Shown: one piece after another, positions 27,900 through 40,198 of the stretch
Layout of the letters: every line of letters begins with the position of its first letter
Numbering within the stretch: position 1 is the stretch's first letter
Assembly: GCF_006345805.1 (NCBI RefSeq)
Contig: NC_042999.1
Coordinates: forward strand, 171,306,001-171,370,000
From: Octopus sinensis
Taxonomy: Eukaryota
Length of the DNA: 64,000 nucleotides
Direction of reading: 5' to 3'
Notes under the pieces: generated by a model
Database searches by the model: none
What the model saw: only the letters and a program-made list of their open reading frames with translations
What the model was told of the DNA's origin: nothing
Program-made: the position numbers and the translations under genes

Positions 27900-28724
27900 C
27901 GGATATTTTCGCTTTCACCGGTAGATTTTTAAAATAATTTCTTTGTAACTAAAAAATTTTAAACATCGTATAATGGTAGAATGTGTTTATAAAACATCTT
28001 TTTCTCTTGGCTTTCTTGAGAAAATTCTGTAGTTCGTAAGATATTTGTTGTTTATTTTCTTGCGTTTCGGCAATTTTAACCAATCAATGACGTCTATTGA
28101 GGTGAAAATGATTTCTGCCGTAGTGTGTCAACAACATTTTCTGGCGGTGTCATATGAAAATGTCCCTGTTATTTATGACATATTTCATATCAGTTACGTT
28201 CGTATAAATAAAAGATTATCGTTATTAAAACTTTTATTAATAAACACATATTCTAAGTTCACAACAACCCTAACCTAACTCAAACCCTAACCCAACCCTA
28301 ACCCAACCCTAACCCTAATCCTAAAAGAGATTGAAATGCAAAAGATCGATACTAGTGTCATAATTATGGGTGGACGCTAAAGAGGAAACGGTTTTGTTAT
28401 CCAGCTCGGTTTACGAGTGACCCCTCATTTTATGGCCACAAGGTATCTTTTTTTCTCGTGAATAACAGGGACATTTTCATATGACACCGCCAGAAAATGT
28501 TTACGGCAGAAATCGTTTTCACCTCAATAGACGTCATTGATTGGTTGAAATTGTCGAAATACAAGAAAATAAAAAACAAATATCTTACAAACTAAAGAGT
28601 TTTCTCAAGAAAGCCAAGAGAAAAAGATGTTTTATAAACACATTCTACCAGTATACGAAGTTTAAAAGTGTTTAGTTACAAAGAAATTATTTTAAAGATC
28701 TGCCGGTCAAAGCGAAAAGATCTG
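27900..28724. mobile_element. Non-autonomous DNA transposon (MITE/foldback) with ~270-bp TIRs and internal (CCCTAA)n
   Basis: 27900-28173 is the diverged reverse complement of 28461-28724. TATTAT occurs immediately on both sides (candidate 6-bp TSD). A telomere-type repeat lies at 28266-28324. Confidence 0.9.
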
Positions 28725-28743
28725 TATTATGTCGATATATATA

Positions 28744-29204
28744 CAGGTGTTGGACAAAATAATCAAAGCATCTTAAAATTTCAAACAAATTTATTTTAAT
28801 ATGGGGTAGGACCACCTTTGTTAGTAATTACAGCTTGTATTCTACGAGGTATGGACTCGTACAAAGTTGTAATTGTTTCCAAAGGAATTTTTGTCCATTC
28901 TTCATCTAAAACAGTCTCCAGTTCTTGTAGTGATGAGGGTGGAGGATATCGATTCCTTACGTGTTTTTCTAAACATATGAGCACCAACAATTTGACTTCT
29001 TTGAAAGTCCGATAGATCTGTCATTTTAATGAATTTTAATTACCTTTTCCAGATGAGATCTGAAGAGAAACAGCAATTTTAGAAAAGACATATTAAGCAA
29101 TACTAATAATGAACAAAAAGCATAAAAATAAAGAAGCTTTTGACAGTTTTATAAGTATTTCAAAATTATGTTGCTATGATGCAATGTGTTTCCATTATTG
29201 TGTC

Positions 29205-29210
<6 letters not shown>
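28744..29210 (-). mobile_element. Internally deleted Tc1-like DNA transposon
   Basis: ORF 28796-28990 gives PPPSSLQELETVLDEEWTKIPLETITTLYESIPRRIQAVITNKGGPTPY, a typical Tc1 transposase C-terminus. Imperfect TIRs TA|CAGGTGTTGGACAAAATAAT and ATTATTGTGTCCAA are present. Confidence 0.88.
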
Positions 29211-29254
<44 letters not shown>

Positions 29255-29324
29255 CAATAATAAATCTCTGAACGAGGTATAGACAGTAACTGCGGCAAAT
29301 ATACTTTATATATATAAGTATATA

Positions 29325-29515
29325 TATGCATTTCTGTTTCTGTGTTTGTCAGCCCAACCCCGCACAATCGCTTGACAACCGATCTCGTTGTGCTTACGTC
29401 ACCGTGACTTAGCGGTTCGGCAAAAGATAGAGATAGAATAAATCCTGGCGTCGATTTGTTCAACTAAAGGCTGTGCTCCGGCATAGCTGCAGTCAAATGA
29501 CTGAAACAAGGAAAA
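29325..29515 (+). mobile_element. SINE family B (octopus OK-like), 3' half
   Basis: CGCTTGACAACCGAT..CTTAGCGGTTCGGCAAAAG..GCAGTCAAATGACTGAAACAAG is the reverse complement of the 51635-51850 copy. Confidence 0.8.
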
Positions 29516-30163
29516 TAATAAATTATTCGTAAAATAAAATCAGCGAACGTGGTTTCCAGTTAGCAATGATATATCTGAAGCAACTTTTCACACAACTGAT
29601 ATAGAATATTTTCTCTTGCTCACATACTGGCTTTATATAAATACATTAAACCAAAGTTTATTACTAGTGTCACTGAAATTTATTTATTGTGTCGCATTCA
29701 CGGAATTTTAGGCACACAGATAGAGGCAATTAAATATGAGTTTAAGTGGATGTTTACTTCGTGTTTAATGAGTTACTGTTGATGTGCAACTTACATGTAA
29801 CAATTGGCACAGTGTAACTCCTTCATTTTATGCTAATAATTAACAGAAATATTTGTTCATGGGACAAGCTATTTCACAGCATTTGCTCCGGATCACTACA
29901 GTTACAGTTCAAATCCTGCCGAGCTTAACTTTACATTTTATCTATTCGGAACCAATGCATAAGCCAACAATTAACTGTAACAGCAGTATTACAATAATGT
30001 CGGAAAGTATGCTTTGTATAATACGATTTACCTCTTTTCTCTCTAAGACCAAATCCTACTATGACCGCCCACAGTCGAAGACAAGTTTCTACGTGCGATT
30101 TAACAACATCAGATGATATCTTGTGTACTTGCAGCGGATTTTAATATCCTTTCCCTTTTCTAT

Positions 30164-30198
30164 GTTCCTGACGAAGGGCTCCGCCCGAAACGTTGAAG
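30164..30198 (+). ncRNA. Minimal type-I hammerhead ribozyme, core intact
   Basis: TTC-CTGACGA-A-GGGC-tcc-GCCC-GAAAC-GTT-GAA: CUGANGA box, perfect 4-bp helix II, GAAA, palindromic AACGTT, NUH = GUU, and a 3-bp helix I. Confidence 0.8.
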
Positions 30199-30325
30199 TC
30201 TCCTTCTTTCCCTCCTTTCCTGAGCGTCCAATAACACTATACTTGTTCCACGTCCTCGCGTTGTTGTGTTTTCTCTTTGTGTTTTCATGTTTGGATTAAC
30301 TACATACACACACACACACACACAT

Positions 30326-30361
<36 letters not shown>

Positions 30362-31482
30362 GTATATATATATATACATATATATATATTTATACACATA
30401 TTTATATATACACACACGCATATATATTATGCATATATATAGATGTATATATCTATGTGTCTGTGCGTACGTCTGTGTGCGAGTGTGTGCGTGTGTATAT
30501 GTATGTATACGTGGCCTCAGTCTACTTGTCTATTTCTCTCTATATTTATCATTATAATTATATATTTTGAGATTTCATTAGATTTTTAAAAAATGTTGTA
30601 AACTAATTTTTTTAAGAAAGGCATTTTATTTTTATTTTCTTTAATTTTTGGTTTTATGATTTTCAAATTTTAGATTTTAATTGTTAGTCTATAATTTTTC
30701 TTAATGATTTAGTTTTGATTTACATTCTGTTAATCTAATTGAATTTAAGATTATATTTGGTCTTCAATGTTATTTGTTTACAAAATATCTATTTTCGTTT
30801 ACCTTATTTTTAACGTCACATTTTTCAATCTATCCTTATTTATTAGCCACTCTTACCAAACCTTTCTCTACCGTATCATCATGATATAGTTGACAGCCAA
30901 TTTACAAATACAATTCACTACTAATGTAAGTAGTACGAATGACCAAATATTAAAGATGTAAGTTGACTATGAGAGAAAGTGACCCATATCAAATGTCAAC
31001 ACAATATCTGAATATTTTTTGACTTGAAGAAAATGCAAATGTTTTGTGTGCGTTGACCCAATTACAAACACTAATATATTTTTTATGATAGTCCCTTCCT
31101 CAATATCTGCCTTCTGTCCCTTCAGCTATGGAATGCCTTCCGTCCAAACTTTTTTCAATAATTTCCTCTCTTCCAGTCTTTCTTCCTTTTCCCGTCAGTC
31201 TTTCTTTTCTAAACAATCACATCTCTCCCCCTTTTCTCTTAGCCTCTCTTCCACTTACATTATACTTAAACTCACAGCCTCTCTCAGTTCCTCTCTCCAT
31301 GTCTGTACCATTCGTTTAATGTTCTGTTTGGTTATAACCAGAAATAACTCTTAATTTTGTACGTCGTTCAACTTTTTCTCAACCGATCAATGAGCCGATT
31401 GAGCAAACCTATTCATTATGAATCTGCAATGACTACTGGAAACAGCTGCAAGTCAAATTTACTACATTAAAATAATATATAT

Positions 31483-31700
31483 TTCTTTATTACCCACAAG
31501 GGGCTAAACATAGAGAGGACAAACAAGGACAGACATAGGTATTAAGTCGATTATATCGACCCCAGAGCGTAACTGGTACTTAATTTATCGATCCCGAAAG
31601 GATGAAAGGCAAAGTCGACCTTGGCGGAATTTGAACTCACAACGTTGCGGCAGATGAAATACCGCCAAGCATTTCGCCCGGCGTGCTAACGTTTCTGCCA
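31483..31700 (-). mobile_element. SINE family A, near full length
   Basis: High similarity to the 20795-21170 copies. Confidence 0.9.
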
Positions 31701-31923
31701 TCATTTATAATGTGTCTTCTCTATCGCTCTACGTAACACCAGTATAACTGGAGCACTACTGTGGATTCACTATATAGAGTGCGATAAATTATAACCTCAG
31801 TCCCTGCTACAAAAGTACGCGGAGATTTTTTTTACTAATCTAAACAATAATGTGTGTCTATTTTACTAAGAGAAAGCTTATATAGTACTTTTGCACGAAT
31901 TGATAACCCCTCACTAATAACTT

Positions 31924-31954
<31 letters not shown>

Positions 31955-31991
31955 GTATATATATATATGTACATATATATATATATACATA

Positions 31992-32036
<45 letters not shown>

Positions 32037-32040
<4 letters not shown>

Positions 32041-32111
32041 TCACTCCCTGGAATCGAACTCGGAATATTGGGGTTAGTAGCACGCGCTCTTAACCACTAA
32101 CACATATGCCC
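32037..32111 (-). mobile_element. Short tRNA-like retroposon head followed by (AAT)n
   Basis: Minus strand GGGCATATGTGTTAGTGGTTAAGAGCGCGTGCTACTAACCCCAATATTCCGAGTTCGATTCCAGGGAGTGACCTG-(AAT)n. It has an A-box-like element and B-box GAGTTCGATTCC, but no proper acceptor stem. Confidence 0.75.
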
Positions 32112-32175
32112 TTGGGCATATAGAACTGTAAAACATTGGTTGATCGCCTCTCTACCAAGAAGCTATCATTTTGTG

Positions 32176-32325
32176 GCAGTTTCCAATATAATATATGCGC
32201 CAAATATTATAGATATACCTATATTCTGGTTATAGGAGTTTCATATTGCGAAAAAGATTAATGTTAATATTTTTTCATTATACTAATTTAGAATAAAATA
32301 TTGCTATCTGCTTGGCAAGGAGTAC
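32176..32325. repeat. Left arm of ~150-bp inverted duplication (partner 38249-38397)
   Basis: Reverse complement of 38249-38397, with one substitution and one homopolymer indel by eye. Confidence 0.95.
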
Positions 32326-33559
32326 AGAGTTTTGGAATTGTTTTCAATAAGAAATATCTTGATAGTAATAAATATATTATGAAGTTGAAATAGTGCTCTT
32401 CGTGATTTACAGCAAATATTTTTGTTACTTTGCTTTCTTACAGAATTGAAGTACATGCGCGGCAAGATATTATGCTATGCCGATTCACAATTAATGAATT
32501 CCTACCTGTTTTGTTGTTTTCTGGCAAATCGTTTCGTTTAAGTTTATACAGTTGTTTTCCTTTAGTCGGCAAAGCGTTGCATGTATTTCATTACCTCTGA
32601 GAAATGCTTGCTTGGTAAATAATCTCGATGACACAAATCCGACTACAAAACAAACCAATTGGCTAAGAATAAAGTACCTATTGGGGCATAAACGTCTATG
32701 TGGCTACAGTATACACCATTCTATTAAGTAAACAGAAAGAAGTAGCAACTACACAGTTGTAATTGTAACGGTAAAAATTAATTTAAAAATATAAACAAGA
32801 ATCTTTGATATGGTTTGAATCGTGATAAATAATTAATTTGGCGGATAGGATTGATTCAATGCCAAGTCTTATTTAATTTCAGTAATAAATTGCCAAAGAG
32901 TAATAACATTTTCGTCAATGCGATATCAGTCTGGGAATAGACCAAATGTTGATTGGAAGAAAAGTTTTCAAACTAACACATTCTATATTCGGCAAGCAAT
33001 AAATCCGCATTACAATGATAAGAAATATTTCAACGTTGTCTGTTTTTATTTGGTGAGTATAGCTAAAATACTACTATCCATTTTTAGTCCTTTACTGATT
33101 ATTATAAACGTGATCAGTGGCCACGTCTATGTAAAGGATGATAAATGATTTAGTACAACATATATTTCCGGTACAAACGTTCAATCTGATAACACTGTCT
33201 CTCAATATACACATCTTCATCTTCGGACCAGTCTCTTTACAAACACAATCACAATCATTCTACGCGGGACTCGACCCGCATAGCTATAGCAGCTATCGTC
33301 ATCAAACAAAAAACGTATTGTCGTATAAACAAAAAAGAAGGAAGAATGAGAAATGTGTTGCACACATATCTCTGAATAGAGTTAAAGATAGAAAGTTTTG
33401 TCTGGTGCTAAGCAATTCCAGAAGTAAATAAAAAGTCATAAATTTAACGCATAACTCGTACGTATATGACCTCAGTGTGTACAGAAACGCAAAAGCGGCA
33501 AGAAATCAAAGCAAACTCTCACACGAATCATATTCTACTGTCTTGAAAATTTGAAAATC

Positions 33560-33665
33560 ACATCCACTAACAACGCTTTGGTCGGCCTGAGGCTATAGCA
33601 TAAGATTTGTTTCCAAGGTGTCACGCAGTGGGACTGAACCCAGGATCATGTGGTTGGGAAGCTAC
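33560..33665 (-). mobile_element. SINE family B, head fragment
   Basis: GCTTTGGTCGGCCTGAGGCTATAG..CCAAGGTGTCACGCAGTGGGACTGAACCC matches 51900-52048. Confidence 0.8.
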
Positions 33666-33667
33666 TC

Positions 33668-33729
<62 letters not shown>

Positions 33730-33874
33730 GAAAGAGAGAGAGAGAGAAAGAAAGAGAGGGGCAAATAAGACTAGAGAGACATATGTATATGCATACACAT
33801 ACATATATAAATGTATATTTGAAATTTATAGAAAAGCAAAAGACGAAGACACGTGTATGAAAAATGAAACAGTC

Positions 33875-33902
33875 TTTTTCGTTTCGAGCTCTTCAACAGA
33901 AA
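33875..33902 (-). ncRNA. Decayed hammerhead motif (same pLTR-like family as 17.3 kb)
   Basis: Minus strand TTT-CTGTTGA-A-GAGCTC-GAAAC-GAA-AAA. The loop of helix II is deleted and the core is mutated. Confidence 0.5.
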
Positions 33903-34439
33903 GGAATAAGAGAAAATAAAGAGAGAGACAATGAAAAAGAACTTGTAGATTACAGCGGCCCACCATTATGTGCGTGTGTAAGTGTGTGAGTGCGTGTGCG
34001 TGTGTGTGTGTGTGCGTGTGTGTGTGTGTGTGCGTGTGTGTGTGTGTGTGTTTGTACGTAAATATCGAACGACGAAAATTTCTTTATTTATGAATTGAGC
34101 CTACCATCGATTTCATGTTTAAAAAAGTAGGAAAATATCTTAGTCTTAATTTTTCAAGCCAATTACATAGAGTAAGCTGTTTGGCTCCAGTTCAGTTTTT
34201 CGCTTCGATCTCTGGTTTAGTTCGTGGAGATTCTGAGGAATTCACGTGAAAGCAATGAATGAATTAATCGAGGGACGTTACTCTTCATGGGCAGCTTTTG
34301 GATGTTTGTCTCCCTTGGTTTTGTCTTCTGGGCAAATTGTTGTGTGGTCAGTATGTTTGCGTTGACTTTTTAAATTTTGTTTTGAGCATTGTTTGTTTTG
34401 AGCTGAGGCAGTTCGTTATTGGATGCATGCATATACATA

Positions 34440-35125
34440 CGAAGTCTGGTCAATAAATATCAGAACTGTTACCATAGTGACGACGCTATAGAACGCAGAG
34501 TAAAGCCGCTTGCCACAGATTGACCTTGAACTCTGCTGTGCTATTGCACTAACTTTTAGCATTCTGCTCCTTTTCGCTTTTTACAGCAGGGCTTAGAAGA
34601 AATGAGTGTAGAGTGTGATCGTCGCATTGTCCACAACAGAGAAAGTTCTCGTGGTGATACCTGCTCAGGGGACTGTGCAAAGTTGCAGAAGGCGTATGGA
34701 GAGAAGTGTATGAGCCGCACACAAGTATACGTGTGTTTCAGACCTTTCCAAGATGGCCGAGAAATGTCAGTAGAGACTAACATTCTGGGAGACTCACAAC
34801 CAGCAGAACTAAGGGAAACATCGCAGATGTGCATGCAGCTGTGAGGGGTAATCATGCAGCTGTGAAGGGATAAACGTGAGTTATCAGAGGATGTACAGAT
34901 TAGTTACGGTTCGGTTCAGTCCATTATCATTGAAAGTTTAGGTTTGAGATGTGTTTGCAAAATTTGTGCCAAAACTGCTTTCAGCTGACAAAAACGACGC
35001 TCGAGTTTCAGTTGCACAAGGTCTCCTTGATTGTGTTGGGAACAATGAAAACATTTTGAAAAATTTGCATAAACCTCTGAGCATATATCGCCCAGCCTGT
35101 GGCAATATTTGATGCAGATTATCTG
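34440..35125 (+). mobile_element. mariner-like DNA transposon remnant (5' TIR plus transposase N-terminus)
   Basis: TA|CGAAGTCTGGTCAATAAATATC resembles a mariner TIR. ORF 34602-34844 has KLQKAYGEKCMSRTQVYVCFRPFQDGRE (HTH). Downstream FVPKLLSAD resembles the WVPHEL linker. Confidence 0.8.
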
Positions 35126-35128
35126 CTC

Positions 35129-35220
<92 letters not shown>

Positions 35221-35230
35221 CAACAATAAC

Positions 35231-35284
<54 letters not shown>

Positions 35285-35822
35285 CAGGCAGTGGCTCTCA
35301 TGGCTTCTGATCTTAACTGATTGGAAGTGTTATCATGTACATTGTTTTGTCTTGGTATAAAAGATGGGCTACAGCAAATATTCTGCTCAATACCACAGAT
35401 TTGCTTGTCAGTTGTTTGACCTTAACCAGTTGAGCATGTCCCTTAGTGGCTGACGATATGTGCATCTCTGATCACGAGCAGAAGTAGTGGGGGAGCATCA
35501 TGGCCATGTGTTGAGAGGGGTTCTTTGGAGTTTGAATGGTTCACCTCTGGAAACATAGGTGTTTCGTTCAACATCCTAAAGCAACCCTTATTCAGGGACC
35601 GTTTGAGCAGGATGGGCTACTCAACCTGAAGAAAATTCTAACTGGCCCCACCTGCAAGGTCATGTGCTGTTTATCTTGATATGAGATCACCATGTCGCGC
35701 ACATATGGTTGTGATGCATGTGCCTGGTGTACCTTTATCAGACGGGTAGTCATGATGGGTATATTGGGCTTCGTATATTTTACCCCAGTGTCACTTTGAT
35801 GGCATGAACTGCTCTCTCACTC
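35285..35822 (+). mobile_element. ~540-bp non-coding element embedded in (AAT)n on both sides
   Basis: GC-richer block with sharp borders between two long (AAT)n arrays and no ORF in the track. The insertion context matches the Dong-like elements in this window. Strand is assumed from the AAT orientation. Confidence 0.55.
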
Positions 35823-35860
<38 letters not shown>

Positions 35861-35870
35861 CAACAATAAC

Positions 35871-35919
<49 letters not shown>

Positions 35920-36110
35920 GCAACATCATCAAAAAATACCCTAGGAATGAGATCCCAGTTCCGAAATTTCGGCAAGATACCTGATGAAGGTTGGAGGGTA
36001 TATCAACCGAGACGTAGTGTTAACAACAAGCAAGATGAGGAAAAACATTGTTAAAAACAAGCAAGATGAGGAAAAACATATGTCAAATGTAAATAATTTA
36101 AATAATGAAA
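35920..36110 (+). ncRNA. Hammerhead-containing repeat module, core at 35976-36021
   Basis: GATAC-CTGATGA-A-GGTTG-gagggtatat-CAACC-GAGAC-GTA-GTGTT, with a perfect 5-bp helix II, a GUA triplet, and GAAA changed to GAGA. Homologous to 13400-13570. Confidence 0.8.
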
Positions 36111-38248
36111 CAACGTTTTGTTAATTAAATATGGAAAACTGAATCATGGAAATTTAAAAATGTATCTTAAATTTTCTATGAAGGATATGTCACTTTCTCA
36201 GGAAACGAATTACCATCACCAGATTCAAATTAAATATTCTATACAAAACTTCTATACGAAACTTCAAAAATTAAGATGACATTCTCAATAATCTATAGCA
36301 ACATATATTTCTCATGAGGTAGTGGATGAAGCCAGTGATGATAAATACTTTCCACTTTGAAGAATGAAAACCCCTATAAAGTGGTTCACTTTAGAGTTTT
36401 TACAGCATCATGGCAGTTGTTGCTTGGTTTCTTGTGTCACTATTTGATTCTATACTTTTGCCTATAGATTTGTAATTCCGTGACACTGAATGACTACGTT
36501 GTAATAACTGCAACTTGTAAAAAAGCAGAGCTATTTTCTTTTGTTGAGAGATCTAGTTGTATTAAGTACTTGTAACTCATTTATATGTAAATAAAATAAT
36601 TTTTTTTAATGTGAAATATTAACAAAGAGTAAAATATTCCCTAACATTTTCGAAAGTGTAAATCATTTAGAAATATGGCATCGAAATTTTATTGCACTAT
36701 AATCTGATTGAAAACTGGAGAAAATAGAAACCATTCAGAAATGATGCTATTGTTAATATAAAATATAGGGTGTAGAACGTAGAAGAAAAATATGTGTAAT
36801 AGCTATATCAACATATCTAAATAAAACACAACTTCAAAAATAAGGAAAGTAATTTAAAACCTGAGAAAGTAATGTTTTACATAGCTAACAGATGTAATGA
36901 AACAATGCCGTTCTTAGAATTTGAGGAACAGAAAACACTCAAGCAAAATATTTTCATATAAGATAAAAAGTTTCTTTGAAATATAATTTACAGAAAAGTA
37001 GCTCAGTCGCTGACAAAGCATCAGACGTAAACTCAAATTACGAACACAAATAACAATGCATTCATGAGCCATGATCAAAAGAAACGTAGTAAGGAAGATT
37101 GAAATACCAATCGAAATACAAGCAAAATTGAGATACGGGCTGTTTCGCAAACTTCAACAACGATGGCCGTTACGAAAAGAAACGACAAATAGACTCAACA
37201 ACAGCAAAAAGGATGTAGATATCACGCACCGACTTGTGTATCATTAATAGAACTTGTGTGCGCATTCTCTTTTTTTAGTGGAATTTTTCAGTCGGATGAA
37301 ACAGTAAATTATATTAAGATAATATCTATAGTCCTTGTCTTTAGTCATACTTATGATAAAGCCTAACGCATTTGCCATTAGTGTGAAACATTTTTTCAGC
37401 GATGATGTTTCAAAAAATATATATTTCGAAGGAAAATATGTTATTTACTTCTGCATCATTTGTGCAACCTATTCTCCTGTAGAGTCTCGAAAAGTCGCAC
37501 AAACCTTTATGTATTTATTTGTTTATTTATTTTTGTCGAAATAGTATATGCCATGTTACAAATAATGATATTAGTACGAATAATGTGAGTCGGTTATCCA
37601 TCTAGTCGGAAGAGAATTAAGAAAACTTACTTTCATTTTGTCATAAAGTCATCTTCACTGTTTTAATTTCATTGATAAATTTATACTTAGGTAACATGAA
37701 TCTTTTGATTCATCGGTTTACCTATACACATTTTTATTTGTTTTCAGTTTATTATCTGTTACACTCTAGGCTGCATAGTTAATGTTAAATATCATCGATG
37801 GAGCTTTCATGCTGATAGATGGCTTGGACGTGAAATCCAAAGTATGATAATATATATTTCTATAATTTCGTGGCGGCACTTTGACAGTTTTAATTCCTCT
37901 ATATTCTGCATCTTATACTGAAATCCAGCTACTTACTGGTTTTAAACAATATCAACGCTCATCATACATACAACCTGACACTTGGCAAATAGGAAACTAT
38001 CACGTTACTAGAAACATCGGCAATATGTTGGTCAACCACATGGCCAGACACACGATAGATTGAAAGAAGTCCAGGATAATCAGAAAACTTAAACAACCGC
38101 TCAATCTCATTTTTTCAGACTTGTCCACCAGTATATTAAAAAAATGTCTACAGCTCAGTCCATCCATGTACTAGGAGGCTTACTGATACTAATTATATAT
38201 TTATTTATACATATAATCCTGAATAAACTTACATGCCCTCAATAACAC

Positions 38249-38397
38249 GTACTCCTTGCCAAGCAGATAGCAATATTTTATTCTAAATTAGTATGATGAA
38301 AAATATTAACATTAATCTTTTTCGCAATATGAAACTCCTATAACCAGAATATAGGTATATCTATAATATTTGGCGCATATATTATATTGGAAACTGC
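38249..38397. repeat. Right arm of ~150-bp inverted duplication (partner 32176-32325)
   Basis: Reverse complement of 32176-32325. It abuts a (TA)/(CA) microsatellite. Confidence 0.95.
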
Positions 38398-38677
38398 ATA
38401 TATATGCACACGCGCACATGCAAACATACACACACGCACACAGTCACACACACACACACACACACGCACACAGTCACACACACACACACACACACACAAA
38501 ACACACACACACGCACACACATATATAGATATGCTTATATTTTTGTAAATAGAGAGATAGAAGAGTAGAAAAACGATGAAATGTCTAATCCATAAGTAAT
38601 GTATATGAATGCCGTGATAAGCTCATCGTTCTCTTTCCCATATATTTAATCTAACAAGGACACTTGAACAACCTTAA

Positions 38678-39417
38678 CCCTATTATGCCTGAAGGGGCGG
38701 TCTCTAAGAACAACGTTCTCGTTTTTTGTTAGTATAACTCTTGAAAGTAAGCAGATTTTTTTCTGATATTTTGTGACTTCTCCTGAAATTTATACTGTTA
38801 AATGTTCACATGACTAACATTCAAAAAATTCCAACTGCCATGGAAACGGCAGGAATTGAACAGGTGGTAAAAAAAATGATGATATATCTTTCATTATTCT
38901 TGTAACATTTGATTATACAACACTTTTAACCAAAACAATAGCGAACTTTTTATTATGGAAAGATATTTTTCTATCAATGTAATACATGTCTGTTAAATTT
39001 CCTTATCAGAACATAAGCTGTTCTTGAAATATTTCAGTAAATAAAAAATCAAATGAAAAAAAAAAACATTGGGCAAATTTAATGACAGCATAAAAAGAAT
39101 GATGACTACAGTTGATATTTTAAAAATTATTAATTTTTTCTTATGCATAATACGTATATATCTGCAAGATTTCGGGGTCTTAGACTTTATGGTCATAGAA
39201 AAATGTTCAAAAGTAGTAAAATCTAGCACATCTCTGTATATCTGATGATGTCATCAGAAAATGCTGATGTCAGAACAAAGAAATGTTCATCTATTGATTG
39301 TCTATACATGTGCCAAGTTTCATTGACGTAGCATCTGTGATTCGGGAAAAAAAGAAGTGAGGTCTACAACCAGAAACCAGGCTTCAGGATCACCTAAAAG
39401 CCCCAGTTTATATAGGA
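38678..39417. mobile_element. piggyBac-like non-autonomous element
   Basis: TTAA|CCCTATTATGCCTG on the left and CAGTTTATATAGGA|TTAA on the right: TTAA duplication with imperfect CCC..GGA termini. Confidence 0.6.
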
Positions 39418-39743
39418 TTAACGTTGGAAAGCTCTCAGGAATCTATTATCATCAGCTGGTGAGAGTAATTTATGCTTCATTTGTCGAGTATAGGTTTGAA
39501 ACTTCTTATTTTACGATAGCGAATCTCGCCACTAATTTTCTTACTTAATACACCTACGCACAGCATACACATCAGTGTGTATACATGCGTGCATTTTATG
39601 CTATGCATGCACGCATGTATGTATGTATGTATGTATGTATGTATGTATGTATGTATGTATGTATGTATGTGTGTATGTATGTGTGTGTATATGTATATAT
39701 GTGTGTATGTATGTATTATCTATCCATCTTTATATATGTATAT

Positions 39744-39837
<94 letters not shown>

Positions 39838-40198
39838 GAAATGGACGTTGTGAGAGGTAATGGTGTCAGTAAGACTGAAAGGTGTCAGGCAAAGCTGAGT
39901 AAGTGCTATGGATAGACTATAGTTAAGCTCCAGGTTCGGTGATTATGCAAATAAGGAGTCCAAATTATGTCATATATCAGTGTGTGTATATGTAAAAATG
40001 TGTGTGCATATATATATAAAATACTATTTGATTTTATTCACAAGGTAATGGAATCTTATATGTATACCATTCTGCCTAAATGATGGATCTACAAATGCAA
40101 TATCTCTGCATATCTCACATCTGTTTTCATTCCTCCACTTCACTCTTCTTTTCGTATCTTATCTAAATTAACTATTGCTTAACCATTTTCTCACACAG

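Noticed and set aside
29060-29075. CTGAAGAGAAAC
   Set aside because: No helix II between the boxes. It lies inside the Tc1 remnant and is a chance match.
32037-32111. Functional tRNA gene
   Set aside because: A and B boxes are present, but the acceptor stem does not close and an (AAT)n tail follows, so it is a retroposon head.
39242-39275. CTGATGA-TGTCATCA-GAAA as a hammerhead
   Set aside because: Explained by the palindrome CTGATGA-TG-TCATCAG inside the piggyBac-like element. No helix I or III.
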